In this document: positions 36,220 through 46,301 of the stretch, piece after piece
Layout: each line of letters starts with the position of its first letter
How positions within the stretch are numbered: the stretch's first letter is position 1
Source of the DNA: Pseudomonadales bacterium
Lineage (GTDB): Bacteria; Pseudomonadota; Gammaproteobacteria; Pseudomonadales; GM7GCV1
Assembly (NCBI GenBank): GCA_965661125.1
Contig: CBFICI010000001.1
Span: forward strand, 536,850 to 600,849
Length of the DNA stretch: 64,000 bases
Direction: 5' to 3'
Program-made: the position numbers and the translations under genes
Notes under the pieces: model-generated
What the model was told of the DNA's origin: nothing
The model's database searches: none
What the model saw: the letters and a program-made list of their open reading frames with translations, nothing else

Positions 36220-37599
36220 TCAGATTGTTTTGGAAAACCGGACGGCGGAAGATTCACCCAGGTGTTGATCGAACAGCATGCAAATATTGCGCAACACCAG
36301 GCGACCTGCCTCGGTGATTCGAATTTGTGTATCGCCAAGCTCCACCAGGCCATCTTCTTCAAATTTCTTCAGCTGCTGCAGCTGCCCGGAAAAGTACCGA
36401 TTAAAGTCGATACTGAAAGCCCTGTTCACGGCTCGCTTATCTAGGCGCAAGCGACAAATTAGCGTCTGAATCACATAGCGGCGCAGCTTGTCTTCTTCGC
36501 TTAGCCTGATACCGCGAATAATGGGAAGGCTGCCCTGCTCCATCATACTCACGTAGGCCTCGGGGTCGCGTTCATTCTGAACATAGAAATCGCCCACCTG
36601 GGAAATGGAAGAGGCTCCAAGCCCAACCAGGTCTTCCGCCAATGCACGTGAATAGCCCTGAAAATTGCGCTGCAAGCTACCCTCTCTCGCGGCCTTGCAC
36701 AGCTCGTCATCCTTGCGCGCAAAGTGATCCATGCCGATGTGCTCGTAGCCGGCAGAAGTCAACCGCTCACCAATAGAAGCGTAGATGTCTATTCGCTCGG
36801 AAGGCTCGGGCAAATCCGACGCCAGGATTGCTCGTTGCGCCGGAAAGCGGTCCGGCATATGGGCGTAGTTGTAGCAGGCAATTCGATCCGGGCTCAGCTC
36901 TAAAACCTTGTCCAGAGTGTCTGAAATGCCCTGCTCGGTTTGCTTGGGAAGGCCATAGATCAAGTCGAAGTTGAGCGAGCTGAATTCAAAGCGACGCACG
37001 GCCCGGGTCAACCGTTCTACCATGGGAAATTCCTGACGCCGATTGATCGCACTCTGAACCTGGCTGTCAAAGTCCTGAATGCCCATGCTGAGCCGGTTGA
37101 ATCCCAACCCTTTAAGCAACGCCAGTTTCGACTCATCGATCGAGCGTGGATCCAGCTCGATGCTGTAATCTCTGCTGCTACTGCCGTCCATATCAAAATG
37201 CGACGAAATGGCATGCATCAGCTGTGTGATTTCGGCCGGCTCGAGATAGCTTGGTGTGCCACCACCCCAATGTAGTTGACGCACCCGGCGATGGCCATGA
37301 ATCGCCGCAGCCTGCTCAATCTCGAGCAGCAGCGCATCTACATAGGCAGCTATTTTCCCTCTGTCGCGCGTAATGGTGCGATTGCAGCCACAGTAAAAGC
37401 AGGCCTTCTGGCAAAAGGGTATGTGCAGGTAAAGCGACACAGGCGTGATGCGTTGGCGAAGCTGCTCGAGATCCTCGAGATAGGCTGACACACCAAAATC
37501 ACCGCGAAACAGATTGGCGGTTGGGTAGGAGGTGTAACGTGGCCCCGAAGTGCCGTACTTGTGCAGCACCTCGGTATCCCACATGAAGGCAGTCGACAT
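36220..37599 (-). CDS. hemN: Oxygen-independent coproporphyrinogen III oxidase (radical SAM)
   Basis: GPRYTSYPTA, radical-SAM CQKACFYCGC and GGGTPSYL. The preferred start at 37599 (MSTAFMWDTEVLHKYG) aligns with the E. coli HemN N-terminus as I recall it. The track start is 37644. Confidence 0.92.
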   Translation of the reverse strand: MSTAFMWDTEVLHKYGTSGPRYTSYPTANLFRGDFGVSAYLEDLEQLRQRITPVSLYLHIPFCQKACFYCGCNRTITRDRGKIAAYVDALLLEIEQAAAIHGHRRVRQLHWGGGTPSYLEPAEITQLMHAISSHFDMDGSSSRDYSIELDPRSIDESKLALLKGLGFNRLSMGIQDFDSQVQSAINRRQEFPMVERLTRAVRRFEFSSLNFDLIYGLPKQTEQGISDTLDKVLELSPDRIACYNYAHMPDRFPAQRAILASDLPEPSERIDIYASIGERLTSAGYEHIGMDHFARKDDELCKAAREGSLQRNFQGYSRALAEDLVGLGASSISQVGDFYVQNERDPEAYVSMMEQGSLPIIRGIRLSEEDKLRRYVIQTLICRLRLDKRAVNRAFSIDFNRYFSGQLQQLKKFEEDGLVELGDTQIRITEAGRLVLRNICMLFDQHLGESSAVRFSKTI

Positions 37600-37661
37600 A
37601 AAAACCTGCTGTAAACCCGAAACAATGTCAGGCAGGTTATCCAAGCGCGCTTTCCCGGCGA

Positions 37662-37675
37662 TTGATTCAGGTCAA
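37662..37675. promoter_or_regulatory. FNR/Anr box TTGAT-TCAG-GTCAA upstream of hemN
   Basis: 9 of 10 match to TTGAT-N4-ATCAA. Its centre is about 70 nt upstream of the preferred hemN start, consistent with a class II (-41.5) promoter. Confidence 0.65.
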
Positions 37676-37729
37676 CCGACTCGGGAGGAGCGCAAAAAAA
37701 GCAATCGTAATTCTGAGCTAAATCACTTT

Positions 37730-38500
37730 TCAGTGAGCCATGGAGGGCATGTCGTGGGCCATTTCCGGAGACAGCATTGCCAGCAAGGCTCGCAGCGGAA
37801 ACCACAGCGTCCAGATACCAAACAGCACCAGGGCTATCGAGGACACCTGCCTGAAGGCTTTTTTGCGCAACAGGGACGCCCCGGCAAGGCTAAGCGGCAC
37901 CAGGGCAGGCAGCGTACCCAGCCCCATCGCAAGCATCAGCAACGCAGCTGCCGGGGATGCAGCCGTGGTGGCGGCCCAGGCCAGTGTGCTGTAAACCAAA
38001 CCGCAAGGCAGCAATCCCCATAACAGACCCAAGCGAAAACTACGCGAGCTTCCCTGTTTCTGAACCTGGGTATGTTTCAGCAGCGGCTGCACTTTGTTCC
38101 AAAGGGGTTCCGCTGCCTGTTCGATGCGGGTTAATCCTCGCCACCAACCGCCAAGATACAGACCCATGGCAATCATCAGCAGCCCTGCCAGCAGTCTGAG
38201 AACTACAAAGAATGGTGTCATTCCCTGTGGCACCAGATACACAGCCAAACCGGCAATCAAACCCAGAGTGGCGTACGTAACCAATCGGCCTGCATGGAAT
38301 ACCAGTGCCTGAAAAACGCGCGTTCTGGCATTCTCGGGTTGCTGCGCAAACCCGGCACTTGCCGCAATCCCGCCGCACATGCCAAGGCAATGAGCGCTGG
38401 AACCGAAGCCGATCAGGAAGGCAGCGATAAAGGGCAACGAATCAATCAGCTTTCTGCTCCAGTTGCTCGGCGTTTGAATCACGCGAATTGGCGGTCTCAT
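37730..38500 (-). CDS. TauE/SafE- or DsbD_2-like membrane protein of the cco assembly cluster
   Basis: The multi-TM ORF contains HCLGMCGG. The start is uncertain: every ATG/GTG/TTG in frame lies inside ccoS (38500, 38524, 38605). Confidence 0.65.
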   Translation of the reverse strand: MRPPIRVIQTPSNWSRKLIDSLPFIAAFLIGFGSSAHCLGMCGGIAASAGFAQQPENARTRVFQALVFHAGRLVTYATLGLIAGLAVYLVPQGMTPFFVVLRLLAGLLMIAMGLYLGGWWRGLTRIEQAAEPLWNKVQPLLKHTQVQKQGSSRSFRLGLLWGLLPCGLVYSTLAWAATTAASPAAALLMLAMGLGTLPALVPLSLAGASLLRKKAFRQVSSIALVLFGIWTLWFPLRALLAMLSPEMAHDMPSMAH

Positions 38501-38633
38501 CGTCAAACAGGGGGTCAGAGCCATGGCGCTCAAGATCGTCAAACTGACCAGATCGCGCTGCCCAGACGAAGACTCCGAGAATGACCAAAGCCAATACGAT
38601 GGCAACGGGAATCAAAATGGCCAGACTTTCCAT
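38442..38633 (-). CDS. ccoS: cbb3 oxidase maturation protein CcoS/FixS
   Basis: 63 aa. MESLAILIPVAIVLALVILGVFVWAARSGQFDDLE is typical of CcoS. Confidence 0.88.
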   Translation of the reverse strand: MESLAILIPVAIVLALVILGVFVWAARSGQFDDLERHGSDPLFDDETANSRDSNAEQLEQKAD

Positions 38634-38640
38634 ACCTTCC

Positions 38641-41037
38641 TCATGCCTGCCGGCTTGAAATTCGGGTCAGACGGGTTGCGTTAAGTACCACAATCAGGCT
38701 GCTCAATGACATACCAATAGCCGCCAGCCAGGGCGGAACATAGCCCAATGCAGCCAGGGGAATGGCCGAGAAATTATAAACCAGGGCCCAGCTAATATTT
38801 TGACCTATTACCCGGCGAACCTTTTCAGCGTGCAGCAACAGCTTCTCGACCGCTCGCAGGTCACCGCTTGCCAGCCCAATATCGGTTCGTGAACGCACCA
38901 GTTCCGGGGCATCCGCAAGGGTCAAGCTTATATCTGATTGGCCAAGAGCCGGCAGATCATTGATACCATCGCCAATGTAGAGGGTGACCGACCGGTCAGC
39001 ACCAGGCCGCAAAGATTCCAGCTTCTGCTGCGGCGACATGCCACCATGAGCCTCTGAAATACCCAGCTCGCGGGCAACCTGCTGAACCCGGGACGATGGG
39101 TCACCGCTGAGCAGGCAAAGATCTATGCCACGGTTTTTTATGGAATCTACCAGAGACCTCGCAGAGGGACGCAGGGGATCGTGCAGGCAGAACCTCGCCT
39201 GCAACTGTCCTTCGCAGGAAAGGTAGACCGGCTGCTCTCCCTCTGCACAGTCCTCACCTGCGTCCGGCAGATTATCCACCAGGGCAAAGGACGCCTTGCC
39301 AATGCACCAGGTTTTTTCATCCAGCCAACCCTGCACACCCTCCCCGGGATAGGCTTGAATATCCCGCAATACGGCGGGTTTCTTGCTATTGAATGCCCGG
39401 GAAAAAGGGTGGCTGCTATGCGCCTCTAGCGCTGTCGCGATAGCCATTGCACGATCGTTTTCGAGGCCATTCCAGGTTTTTTGGGCGCGAATACTCGCCT
39501 TCCCGAGGGTGAGTGTGCCGGTCTTGTCAAAAACGACACGGCCAACCATCGGCAGTTTCTCCAGCACCTCGGTGTTTCTCACCAGAACACCGATCGACCG
39601 CAAGCCGGTGATGGCAGCGGTATAACTGGTAGGCGTTGCCAGGCTGAGAGCACAGGGACAGGCTACCACCAGCACAGAAAGTCCTATCCAGAATGCTTTG
39701 GAAGGGTCGATGAGCGCCCAGGCTGCGGCAGAGACCGCAGCGGTGGTAAGAACTACAGTGATAAAACGGCCAGACCACTGGTCGGCAATGCCGACAAAGC
39801 CGGCGCGGGATAAAGACGCCTGCTCTGACAGCTCATCCATGCGGGAAAGCAGGGTTTCACCGCCTGTGTGCTCGACCCGCACATCAATTTGCCCCTCACC
39901 ATTGAGGCTTCCGGCAACAACGGAATCTCCGCATATGCGTTTTCTCGGCTCGAATTCACCCGTGAGAACCGACTCATCCACCTGACTCGCTCCCAACTCC
40001 AATATTCCATCTACCGGTATTCGTTGACCCGCTGCTACTCTGATCAAATCTCCCTGACGCACCGAGGACAATGGAATTGTTTCTAGGTCGCCCTCCTCGT
40101 TCACACGCTGCACAGCTTCAGGGATAAGGCCTTGAAGCGACATGGGATCCATCTGCAAGCGTGCCCGGTGCTCCAGAAAGCGACTCAGCAGCAAGAAGAA
40201 GGTAAACATCACAACGGAATCGAAATAGACTTCACCAAAGCCGCCGAAAGTAGCCATCAGGCTGGCGCTGTACGCCAGCCCAATCGCCAGGGAAACGGGC
40301 ACGTCCATGGTCAGGCGTTTCGACTTTAAGGCATACCAGGCATTGCGAAAGAAGGGCCGCGCGGAAACAAACACCACCAGAGTCGCCAGAATAAGCGCGG
40401 CATGACGCATCAGGTCCCGCTGCAAGTCACTGATACCCTGCAAGGCCCCCGCGTGCAATGCGATGGCGTACATGCCCACCTGCATCATGCCAATGGCCGC
40501 AATACCAAGGCGTATAAGCTGTTCTGTGGATTCTCTGCGATTGGCGCGCTGGCTTTCTGCGTCTCGTGCCAGCCTGGCCCGATAACCCAGGAATTCAATG
40601 GCCAACAGCAGCTCACTGAGGCGCGTTGACGAAGTATCTACCAGAATTCTGGCACGTTGGGTCGCCTGGCTTAGCTGCACACTGACAACTCCGGGCAACT
40701 GGGCCAGGTGTTGTTCTATCAGCCATACACAGGCGGCACAGGTAATACCCAGCAGCTGCAGGTCTACCTGAGTGCCTGTATCGAGCGCAACAATTGCGGG
40801 GTGCTGCAGATCCGCTGCATCGAGCCAGCCATAGCTTGCCTCGGATGCTTGGGCATCGGGCTGTGCCTGCGCAAACTGGTCGCGTTTTGCATAGTACTGA
40901 TCCAGTCCGAGACCCTGAATAGTGAGCGCAACGGCACGGCATCCGGGACAACAGAAATGGCGGGGTTCACCCTTGATATCTGCCGGATAGTCGCTGCCCT
41001 CTTGCACTGGCAGGTTGCAGTGGAAACAGGACGCCAT
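38641..41037 (-). CDS. ccoI: Copper-translocating P1B-type ATPase CcoI/FixI
   Basis: 798 aa. N-terminal CxxC motifs, membrane CPC (VVACPCAL), phosphorylation site DKTGT and GDGINDLPAL. Confidence 0.93.
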   Translation of the reverse strand: MASCFHCNLPVQEGSDYPADIKGEPRHFCCPGCRAVALTIQGLGLDQYYAKRDQFAQAQPDAQASEASYGWLDAADLQHPAIVALDTGTQVDLQLLGITCAACVWLIEQHLAQLPGVVSVQLSQATQRARILVDTSSTRLSELLLAIEFLGYRARLARDAESQRANRRESTEQLIRLGIAAIGMMQVGMYAIALHAGALQGISDLQRDLMRHAALILATLVVFVSARPFFRNAWYALKSKRLTMDVPVSLAIGLAYSASLMATFGGFGEVYFDSVVMFTFFLLLSRFLEHRARLQMDPMSLQGLIPEAVQRVNEEGDLETIPLSSVRQGDLIRVAAGQRIPVDGILELGASQVDESVLTGEFEPRKRICGDSVVAGSLNGEGQIDVRVEHTGGETLLSRMDELSEQASLSRAGFVGIADQWSGRFITVVLTTAAVSAAAWALIDPSKAFWIGLSVLVVACPCALSLATPTSYTAAITGLRSIGVLVRNTEVLEKLPMVGRVVFDKTGTLTLGKASIRAQKTWNGLENDRAMAIATALEAHSSHPFSRAFNSKKPAVLRDIQAYPGEGVQGWLDEKTWCIGKASFALVDNLPDAGEDCAEGEQPVYLSCEGQLQARFCLHDPLRPSARSLVDSIKNRGIDLCLLSGDPSSRVQQVARELGISEAHGGMSPQQKLESLRPGADRSVTLYIGDGINDLPALGQSDISLTLADAPELVRSRTDIGLASGDLRAVEKLLLHAEKVRRVIGQNISWALVYNFSAIPLAALGYVPPWLAAIGMSLSSLIVVLNATRLTRISSRQA

Positions 41038-41045
41038 GAAATCTC

Positions 41046-41540
41046 TCAGGGCTGCAGGTAGGCGGTGGAACTGTTCCGGAAGTCGTGATCGCCTTTTAGC
41101 TGCCAGACACCCTGGCTGCTGTCGCCGCGCAGCTCAATGTACCAGCGGTTGGCAATGGGCACCTCGGGTGGCAGCGGATAGCGGCTACCCGACTGAACTG
41201 GCATATGGAAATCGAGGGAATCTTCGAATGGATGCTGAAAAATCATCGATTGAATGGCTACCGAGCTATCACCCGCGTCGAGTTTGGGTACCAGATACCG
41301 CCCTTGCTCCAGCTGAATGCTCACCTCGAGCCCCAACGTTGCAGACAAGCGTTCCTCCGCCAGCGATTCATTAATCGCCAGGCCTTGCCGATAGTAGTCG
41401 CCCTCTACCATGTCATCAGCCGAGTTGACCGCCAGAATAATGAAGTAGATGCAGGCAATCACTGTTGAGGCAGGTATTGCAATCAAAAACCAGGGCCAGA
41501 ATTGCTGGTACCAGGCCTTTGTATCAGTTCGTTGGCGCAA
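41046..41540 (-). CDS. ccoH: CcoH/FixH assembly protein
   Basis: 164 aa with a single N-terminal TM helix (WPWFLIAIP...) and a position between ccoG and ccoI. Confidence 0.85.
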   Translation of the reverse strand: MRQRTDTKAWYQQFWPWFLIAIPASTVIACIYFIILAVNSADDMVEGDYYRQGLAINESLAEERLSATLGLEVSIQLEQGRYLVPKLDAGDSSVAIQSMIFQHPFEDSLDFHMPVQSGSRYPLPPEVPIANRWYIELRGDSSQGVWQLKGDHDFRNSSTAYLQP

Positions 41541-42981
41541 TGAATCGGCTCTCTTCTTCTACAACCAACCCGGGTTGGCCTTCAGAGGTTACGCGGATAC
41601 TGATCTCTTCGATTGGGGACAGAATATCAGATTGCGGAACTACCAGACGCACCGGAAGCGTTAAGGCCTCTCCACCCTCCACCGTCAGAAACTGATTACC
41701 GAGAATACGAAGACCTTCGAGGCCGGTTGCCTGCAACTGGTAGGTTTGTGGTTCATCAGAAAGGTTCAGCACGCGAACCTCGTAGACATTGGTTACCAAC
41801 CCATCCTGCAATTCAAACAGATCGCCGCGATCGCGGATAATATCCACTCGCAAGGGAATTCTGGTGCCCAGGGTATAGACGAACAGACTGCACATGATCA
41901 GCATCATCAAGCTGTAGCCAATCATTTTTGGTCGGAAAAGCGAAGTTTTCCCGCCGGCCAGGTTTTTTGCCGTGGTGTAACGAATCAGTCCGCGCGGATA
42001 GTCCATTTTATCCATAACGGAATTGCAGGCATCGATACAAAGCGCGCAAGTGATGCACTCGTATTGCAGGCCATTGCGTATATCGATACCAGTGGGGCAA
42101 ACCTGAACACACAACTCACAGTCAATGCAATCGCCCTTGCCCTGCGCCTTGTAATCGGCATCCCGCCGCCGGGAACCGCGAGGTTCACCGCGTGCTTCAT
42201 CGTAGGAAACTATTAGTGTGTCACGATCGAACATGGCCGACTGAAAGCGCGCGTAGGGACACATGTATTTGCACACCTGCTCGCGCATGTAGGCTGCATT
42301 GATATAGGTGGCCAGGGTGAAAAACAGAATCCAGGCATAGGCGGCGATATAGGCCTGACCGCTAAAGAAATTGGGCAACAGCTGCTGAACCGGCACAAAA
42401 TAGCCAATAAAGGTAAAGCCGGTGAGAAAGGCGAAACCACCCCACATCAAATGCTTGATACTTTTGCGCAGGAGCTTCTCGCCGCTTATTGACGCCTTGT
42501 CCAGCTTGATGCGCTGATTGCGATTGCCCTCGGTAACCTGCTCCATCCACATGTAAATGGCTGTCCAGACGGTTTGCGGGCAGGTGTAGCCGCACCAAAC
42601 CCGGCCGGCAAAATTGGTTATCGCGAATAATGCGAAAGCGGCAATGATGAGAAGCCAGGCCAGCAGCGGAAAATCCTGTGGCCAGAAGGTCATCCAAAAA
42701 ATGTGGAACTTGCGCTCGGGCAGGTCGAACAGAATCGCCTGACGGCCTTCCAGGCTAAACCAGGGCAACAGGAAATACCCCAGCAACAAGGGCCAGCCGG
42801 TTAGGGTTCGCAAGCGCTGAAAGAAGCCTTCAATTTTGCGGGTGTAGATCTTTTCCCGCTTCTGATAAAGGTCTACTGGGGCCAGCTCGGAAAGCCCGAG
42901 CTGGTCCGATGCAATAAGTTCGTCAGAAGTATTCGGCTGCGGCTCTACTGCTTTTTTCGGCGGGTCGAATTCCTCAACCAT
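41524..42981 (-). CDS. ccoG: CcoG/FixG membrane 4Fe-4S ferredoxin
   Basis: Ferredoxin motif CIDCELCVQVCP plus a second Cys cluster CITCALCIDAC, with about 5 TM helices. The start is either 42981 (MVEEFD) or 43002. Confidence 0.9.
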   Translation of the reverse strand: MVEEFDPPKKAVEPQPNTSDELIASDQLGLSELAPVDLYQKREKIYTRKIEGFFQRLRTLTGWPLLLGYFLLPWFSLEGRQAILFDLPERKFHIFWMTFWPQDFPLLAWLLIIAAFALFAITNFAGRVWCGYTCPQTVWTAIYMWMEQVTEGNRNQRIKLDKASISGEKLLRKSIKHLMWGGFAFLTGFTFIGYFVPVQQLLPNFFSGQAYIAAYAWILFFTLATYINAAYMREQVCKYMCPYARFQSAMFDRDTLIVSYDEARGEPRGSRRRDADYKAQGKGDCIDCELCVQVCPTGIDIRNGLQYECITCALCIDACNSVMDKMDYPRGLIRYTTAKNLAGGKTSLFRPKMIGYSLMMLIMCSLFVYTLGTRIPLRVDIIRDRGDLFELQDGLVTNVYEVRVLNLSDEPQTYQLQATGLEGLRILGNQFLTVEGGEALTLPVRLVVPQSDILSPIEEISIRVTSEGQPGLVVEEESRFIAPTN

Positions 42982-43852
42982 CCTTCGACAGCCCGTACAC
43001 ATATGCTGTCAGCAGATGAATCTTGTCATCACTGAGAAACTGCCCCCAGGCCGGCATCTGATTGTTGCGACCAAGAATTACCGCCTGGCGTATCCACTGT
43101 TCCTCTGGCCCATACAGCCAGATATCGTCGGTCAAATTGACCGACCCCAATGCGTCTATGCCGGTGGCGTCAGGCCCATGGCATGCCGCGCAGTAGGACA
43201 TAAACACGGCTTGCCCTGCCTGCGCCAATTGGGCGTTGTGGCCCTGGCCGCTGATTTGCTGAACGTAGGCAACTACCTGATCGACCTGATCGTTGCTGAG
43301 TATCGGCCCCCAGGGTGTCATGATGCCGTTGCGACCGTTCACGATGGTGGTGCGGATTGCGTCGGGCGTACCGCCCCAATTCCAGTCATCGTCGACCAGG
43401 TTGGGAAAACCAAAGGCGCCCCGCGCATCTGAACCGTGGCACTGGGAACAATTATTGCCGAATATCCGCTGCGCCATCTTCATGGCTTCATCGTTTTGAT
43501 ACAGCTGCTCGACAGGAGTGTCACTGTATTGCGCATACAGAGGCGCGTAGCGGGCTTCAGCCGCTGCCATTTCCTCTTCGTATTGCCCCACCGAGGTCCA
43601 GCCGAGCACGCCGGGAAAATTCCCCATCCCCGGAAAGGCAATCAGATATCCAATACCGAACACAATGGTGCCCCAGAACAGTATCAGCCACCACTGCGGA
43701 AGTGGATTGTCATACTCCTCAATGCCGTCATGCGAGTGGCCTGTGGTTTTTCCCGCATTCAGGGTTTTGCGGTTGGCCAGCAGCAGCCAGGCAGTCAACA
43801 CGAAGGTGATTGCTGTCAGAATGATGACCCAGGCACTCCAGAAACTACTCAT
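42974..43852 (-). CDS. ccoP: cbb3-type cytochrome c oxidase subunit P (dihaem c)
   Basis: 292 aa with two CxxCH motifs (CSQCHG, CAACHG). Confidence 0.93.
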   Translation of the reverse strand: MSSFWSAWVIILTAITFVLTAWLLLANRKTLNAGKTTGHSHDGIEEYDNPLPQWWLILFWGTIVFGIGYLIAFPGMGNFPGVLGWTSVGQYEEEMAAAEARYAPLYAQYSDTPVEQLYQNDEAMKMAQRIFGNNCSQCHGSDARGAFGFPNLVDDDWNWGGTPDAIRTTIVNGRNGIMTPWGPILSNDQVDQVVAYVQQISGQGHNAQLAQAGQAVFMSYCAACHGPDATGIDALGSVNLTDDIWLYGPEEQWIRQAVILGRNNQMPAWGQFLSDDKIHLLTAYVYGLSKDG

Positions 43853-43856
43853 TTGC

Positions 43857-44051
43857 TCACTCCTCGGTGGCTCGCTCGTTCAGCTTGCTGCTGTCCGGGC
43901 GTTTTGGCGCTTCATCTTCATCGACAAAAGGAAGATTAGCGGCTTCATCAAAGTCTTTTTTGCTTTTCATCACATAAACCCAGTAGCACACCGCAATGAA
44001 GGCGGCCATAACCACAATGGTTGCGATTCCTCTCAGGGTGTTGATATCCAA
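43857..44051 (-). CDS. ccoQ: cbb3 oxidase subunit Q
   Basis: 64-aa single-TM protein located between ccoO and ccoP. Confidence 0.85.
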   Translation of the reverse strand: MDINTLRGIATIVVMAAFIAVCYWVYVMKSKKDFDEAANLPFVDEDEAPKRPDSSKLNERATEE

Positions 44052-44055
44052 TGCG

Positions 44056-44667
44056 TTACCTTCGCGACTGGATCAGAGTGCCCAACTGCTGCAGGTAGGC
44101 AATCAGGGCATCACCCTCGGTAGCTCCGGCTACCGCCTCCTGTGCGGCGTCAATCTGTGCATCGGTATAGGGCACCCCCACCCGACGCAGAGCCGTCATC
44201 TTGGCGGCCGTATCTTCACCATCAAGCTCGGCCTGAAACAGGAAAGGGAATGCCGGCATGTTCGATTCAGGTACCAGGGCGCGGGGATCGGTCAGGTGCA
44301 GCCGATGCCAGTCGTCCGAGTAGCGTCCACCTACCCTGGCCAGGTCAGGCCCGGTTCGCTTGGACCCCCATAGAAAGGGGTGGTTGTAAACAAACTCGCC
44401 AGCAACCGAGTAGTGACCGTAGCGCTCGGTCTCGGCGCGAAATGGGCGAATCATTTGCGAGTGGCAATTGTTGCAGCCCTCGCGGATGTAGATGTCCCTG
44501 CCCTCAAGCACCAGCGCTGGCATCGGCTCAAGCCCATCGATGGGCTCGGTAACCTCTTCGTTGAAAAACAACGGCACCAGCTCAACCAGCGTTCCAAAGC
44601 TAATGGCAACAATAATCAGCGGGATCATCAGCCAGATATTCTTCTCGACAACCTCGTGGTTCATCAT
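44056..44667 (-). CDS. ccoO: cbb3 oxidase subunit O (monohaem c)
   Basis: 203 aa containing CNNCHSQ. Confidence 0.93.
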   Translation of the reverse strand: MMNHEVVEKNIWLMIPLIIVAISFGTLVELVPLFFNEEVTEPIDGLEPMPALVLEGRDIYIREGCNNCHSQMIRPFRAETERYGHYSVAGEFVYNHPFLWGSKRTGPDLARVGGRYSDDWHRLHLTDPRALVPESNMPAFPFLFQAELDGEDTAAKMTALRRVGVPYTDAQIDAAQEAVAGATEGDALIAYLQQLGTLIQSRR

Positions 44668-46121
44668 GCGCTGGCACCTCCGGTTACAGCTTCAACGGGG
44701 GTTTGTTCGGTCTCCTTCTCGGGCGTTTGCCTGATGGTACGGAAGACGTTGTATGCCATAACCAGCATGCCGGAGAAGAAAATAAAGCCGCCAACCAGCC
44801 GAACCAGGTAGCCGGGATAGCTTGCCTCAACCACCTGAGCAAAGGTGTAAGTCAGGGTGCCGTCTGTGTTGTAAGCGCGCCACATCAACCCCTGCATCAG
44901 GCCGTTGATCCACATGGATGCGATATACAACACCGTACCCACTGTGGACATCCAGAAATGCAGAGCAATTAGCCCTTTGCTATACATCTCGGTTTTGCCC
45001 CACAGCCGCGGAATCAGGTGATACAGCATGCCAATTGAAATCATGGCCACCCAGCCAAGCGCACCCGAGTGCACATGACCAATGGTCCAGTCGGTGTAAT
45101 GCGACATGGAGTTCACGGTTTTAATGGACATCATCGGCCCCTCAAAGGTAGACATGCCATAAAAGCTGAGGGACACGATGAGGAAGCGAAGGATAGGATC
45201 GGTACGCAATTTATCCCATGCTCCAGACAGGGTCATCATGCCGTTGATCATGCCGCCCCAGCTTGGGGCCAGTAGCATCAGGGACATAACCATGCCCAGG
45301 CTTTGTGCCCAGTCGGGCAATGCCGTGTAGTGCAGATGGTGCGGACCAGCCCAAATGTAGATGGCAATCAACGCCCAGAAATGAACGATGGATAGCCGAT
45401 AGCTGTAAATAGGCTGCTCGGCCTGTTTTGGCACAAAGTAATACATGATGCCGAGGAAGCCAGCCGTGAGGAAAAATCCAACCGCATTGTGGCCGTACCA
45501 CCACTGGATCATGGCGTCAGTGGCCCCGGCGTATGCCGAATAGGATTTGAACAGGCTAACCGGAATGGCGGCGCTGTTTACAAGGTGAAGCACAGCCACA
45601 GTGACAATAAAGGCAGCGAAGAACCAGTTGGCCACGTAAATGTGGCTGGTTTTACGTTTGGCTATGGTGCCAAAGAAAACCACGGCGTAAGAAACCCACA
45701 CCAGAGTGATGAGAATATCGATTGGCCATTCCAGCTCGGCGTATTCTTTAGATGTGGTAAGCCCCAGCGGCAGGGTAATGGCCGCCGACAGGATAACCAC
45801 CTGCCAACCCCAGAAGGTAAAGGCGGCCAAAGCGGGTGCAAACAGTTTCGATTGACAGGTTCGCTGCACCACATAGTAGGAGCTGGCAAACAGAGCGCTG
45901 CCGCCGAAAGCGAAGATAACGGCATTGGTATGCAAGGGTCGCAGGCGACCGAAGTGCGTCCAGGGCAGCCCCAGGTTAAGTTCCGGAAAAGCCATCTGGG
46001 CCGCGATAATAACGCCGACCAGCATTCCCACGATTCCCCACACTACCGTCATGATGGCGAACTGCCGCACGACCTTATAGTTGTAGGGCTCAGAACCGGT
46101 ATTCGATTGTGTAATGCTCAT
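44664..46121 (-). CDS. ccoN: cbb3 oxidase catalytic subunit N
   Basis: 12-TM haem-copper oxidase with the N-terminal YNYKVVRQF motif. The preferred start at 46121 (MSITQSN) is 5 codons inside the track ORF. Confidence 0.93.
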   Translation of the reverse strand: MSITQSNTGSEPYNYKVVRQFAIMTVVWGIVGMLVGVIIAAQMAFPELNLGLPWTHFGRLRPLHTNAVIFAFGGSALFASSYYVVQRTCQSKLFAPALAAFTFWGWQVVILSAAITLPLGLTTSKEYAELEWPIDILITLVWVSYAVVFFGTIAKRKTSHIYVANWFFAAFIVTVAVLHLVNSAAIPVSLFKSYSAYAGATDAMIQWWYGHNAVGFFLTAGFLGIMYYFVPKQAEQPIYSYRLSIVHFWALIAIYIWAGPHHLHYTALPDWAQSLGMVMSLMLLAPSWGGMINGMMTLSGAWDKLRTDPILRFLIVSLSFYGMSTFEGPMMSIKTVNSMSHYTDWTIGHVHSGALGWVAMISIGMLYHLIPRLWGKTEMYSKGLIALHFWMSTVGTVLYIASMWINGLMQGLMWRAYNTDGTLTYTFAQVVEASYPGYLVRLVGGFIFFSGMLVMAYNVFRTIRQTPEKETEQTPVEAVTGGASA

Positions 46122-46209
46122 GAAGCATGGATCCATTTGAATTCAAAGAAACCGCGGAGATGATGCAGCGCCTCAACCGGGAATTGTAGAGAAAGGCAAA
46201 AGCGCCACC

Positions 46210-46223
46210 ATGACTCAGATCAA
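46210..46223. promoter_or_regulatory. Candidate FNR/Anr box (minus strand TTGAT-CTGA-GTCAT) upstream of ccoN
   Basis: 8 of 10 match to the consensus, with one perfect half-site. Its centre is about 95 nt upstream of the ccoN ATG. Confidence 0.4.
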
Positions 46224-46301
46224 GTGCCGCTTTGCAGATTGGGAAAAAACGCCTCTAGCGCAGGTGTAAACCAGCTTTCGAGGCCAAAACGCCGTTGGGC
46301 A

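Noticed and set aside
46136-46147. Palindrome TTTGAATTCAAA at the ccoN start, as a possible FNR site
   Set aside because: The half-site spacing (TTGA-AT-TCAA) does not fit TTGAT-N4-ATCAA. It also overlaps the first codons of the track ORF rather than a promoter position. The 46210-46223 site is the better candidate.
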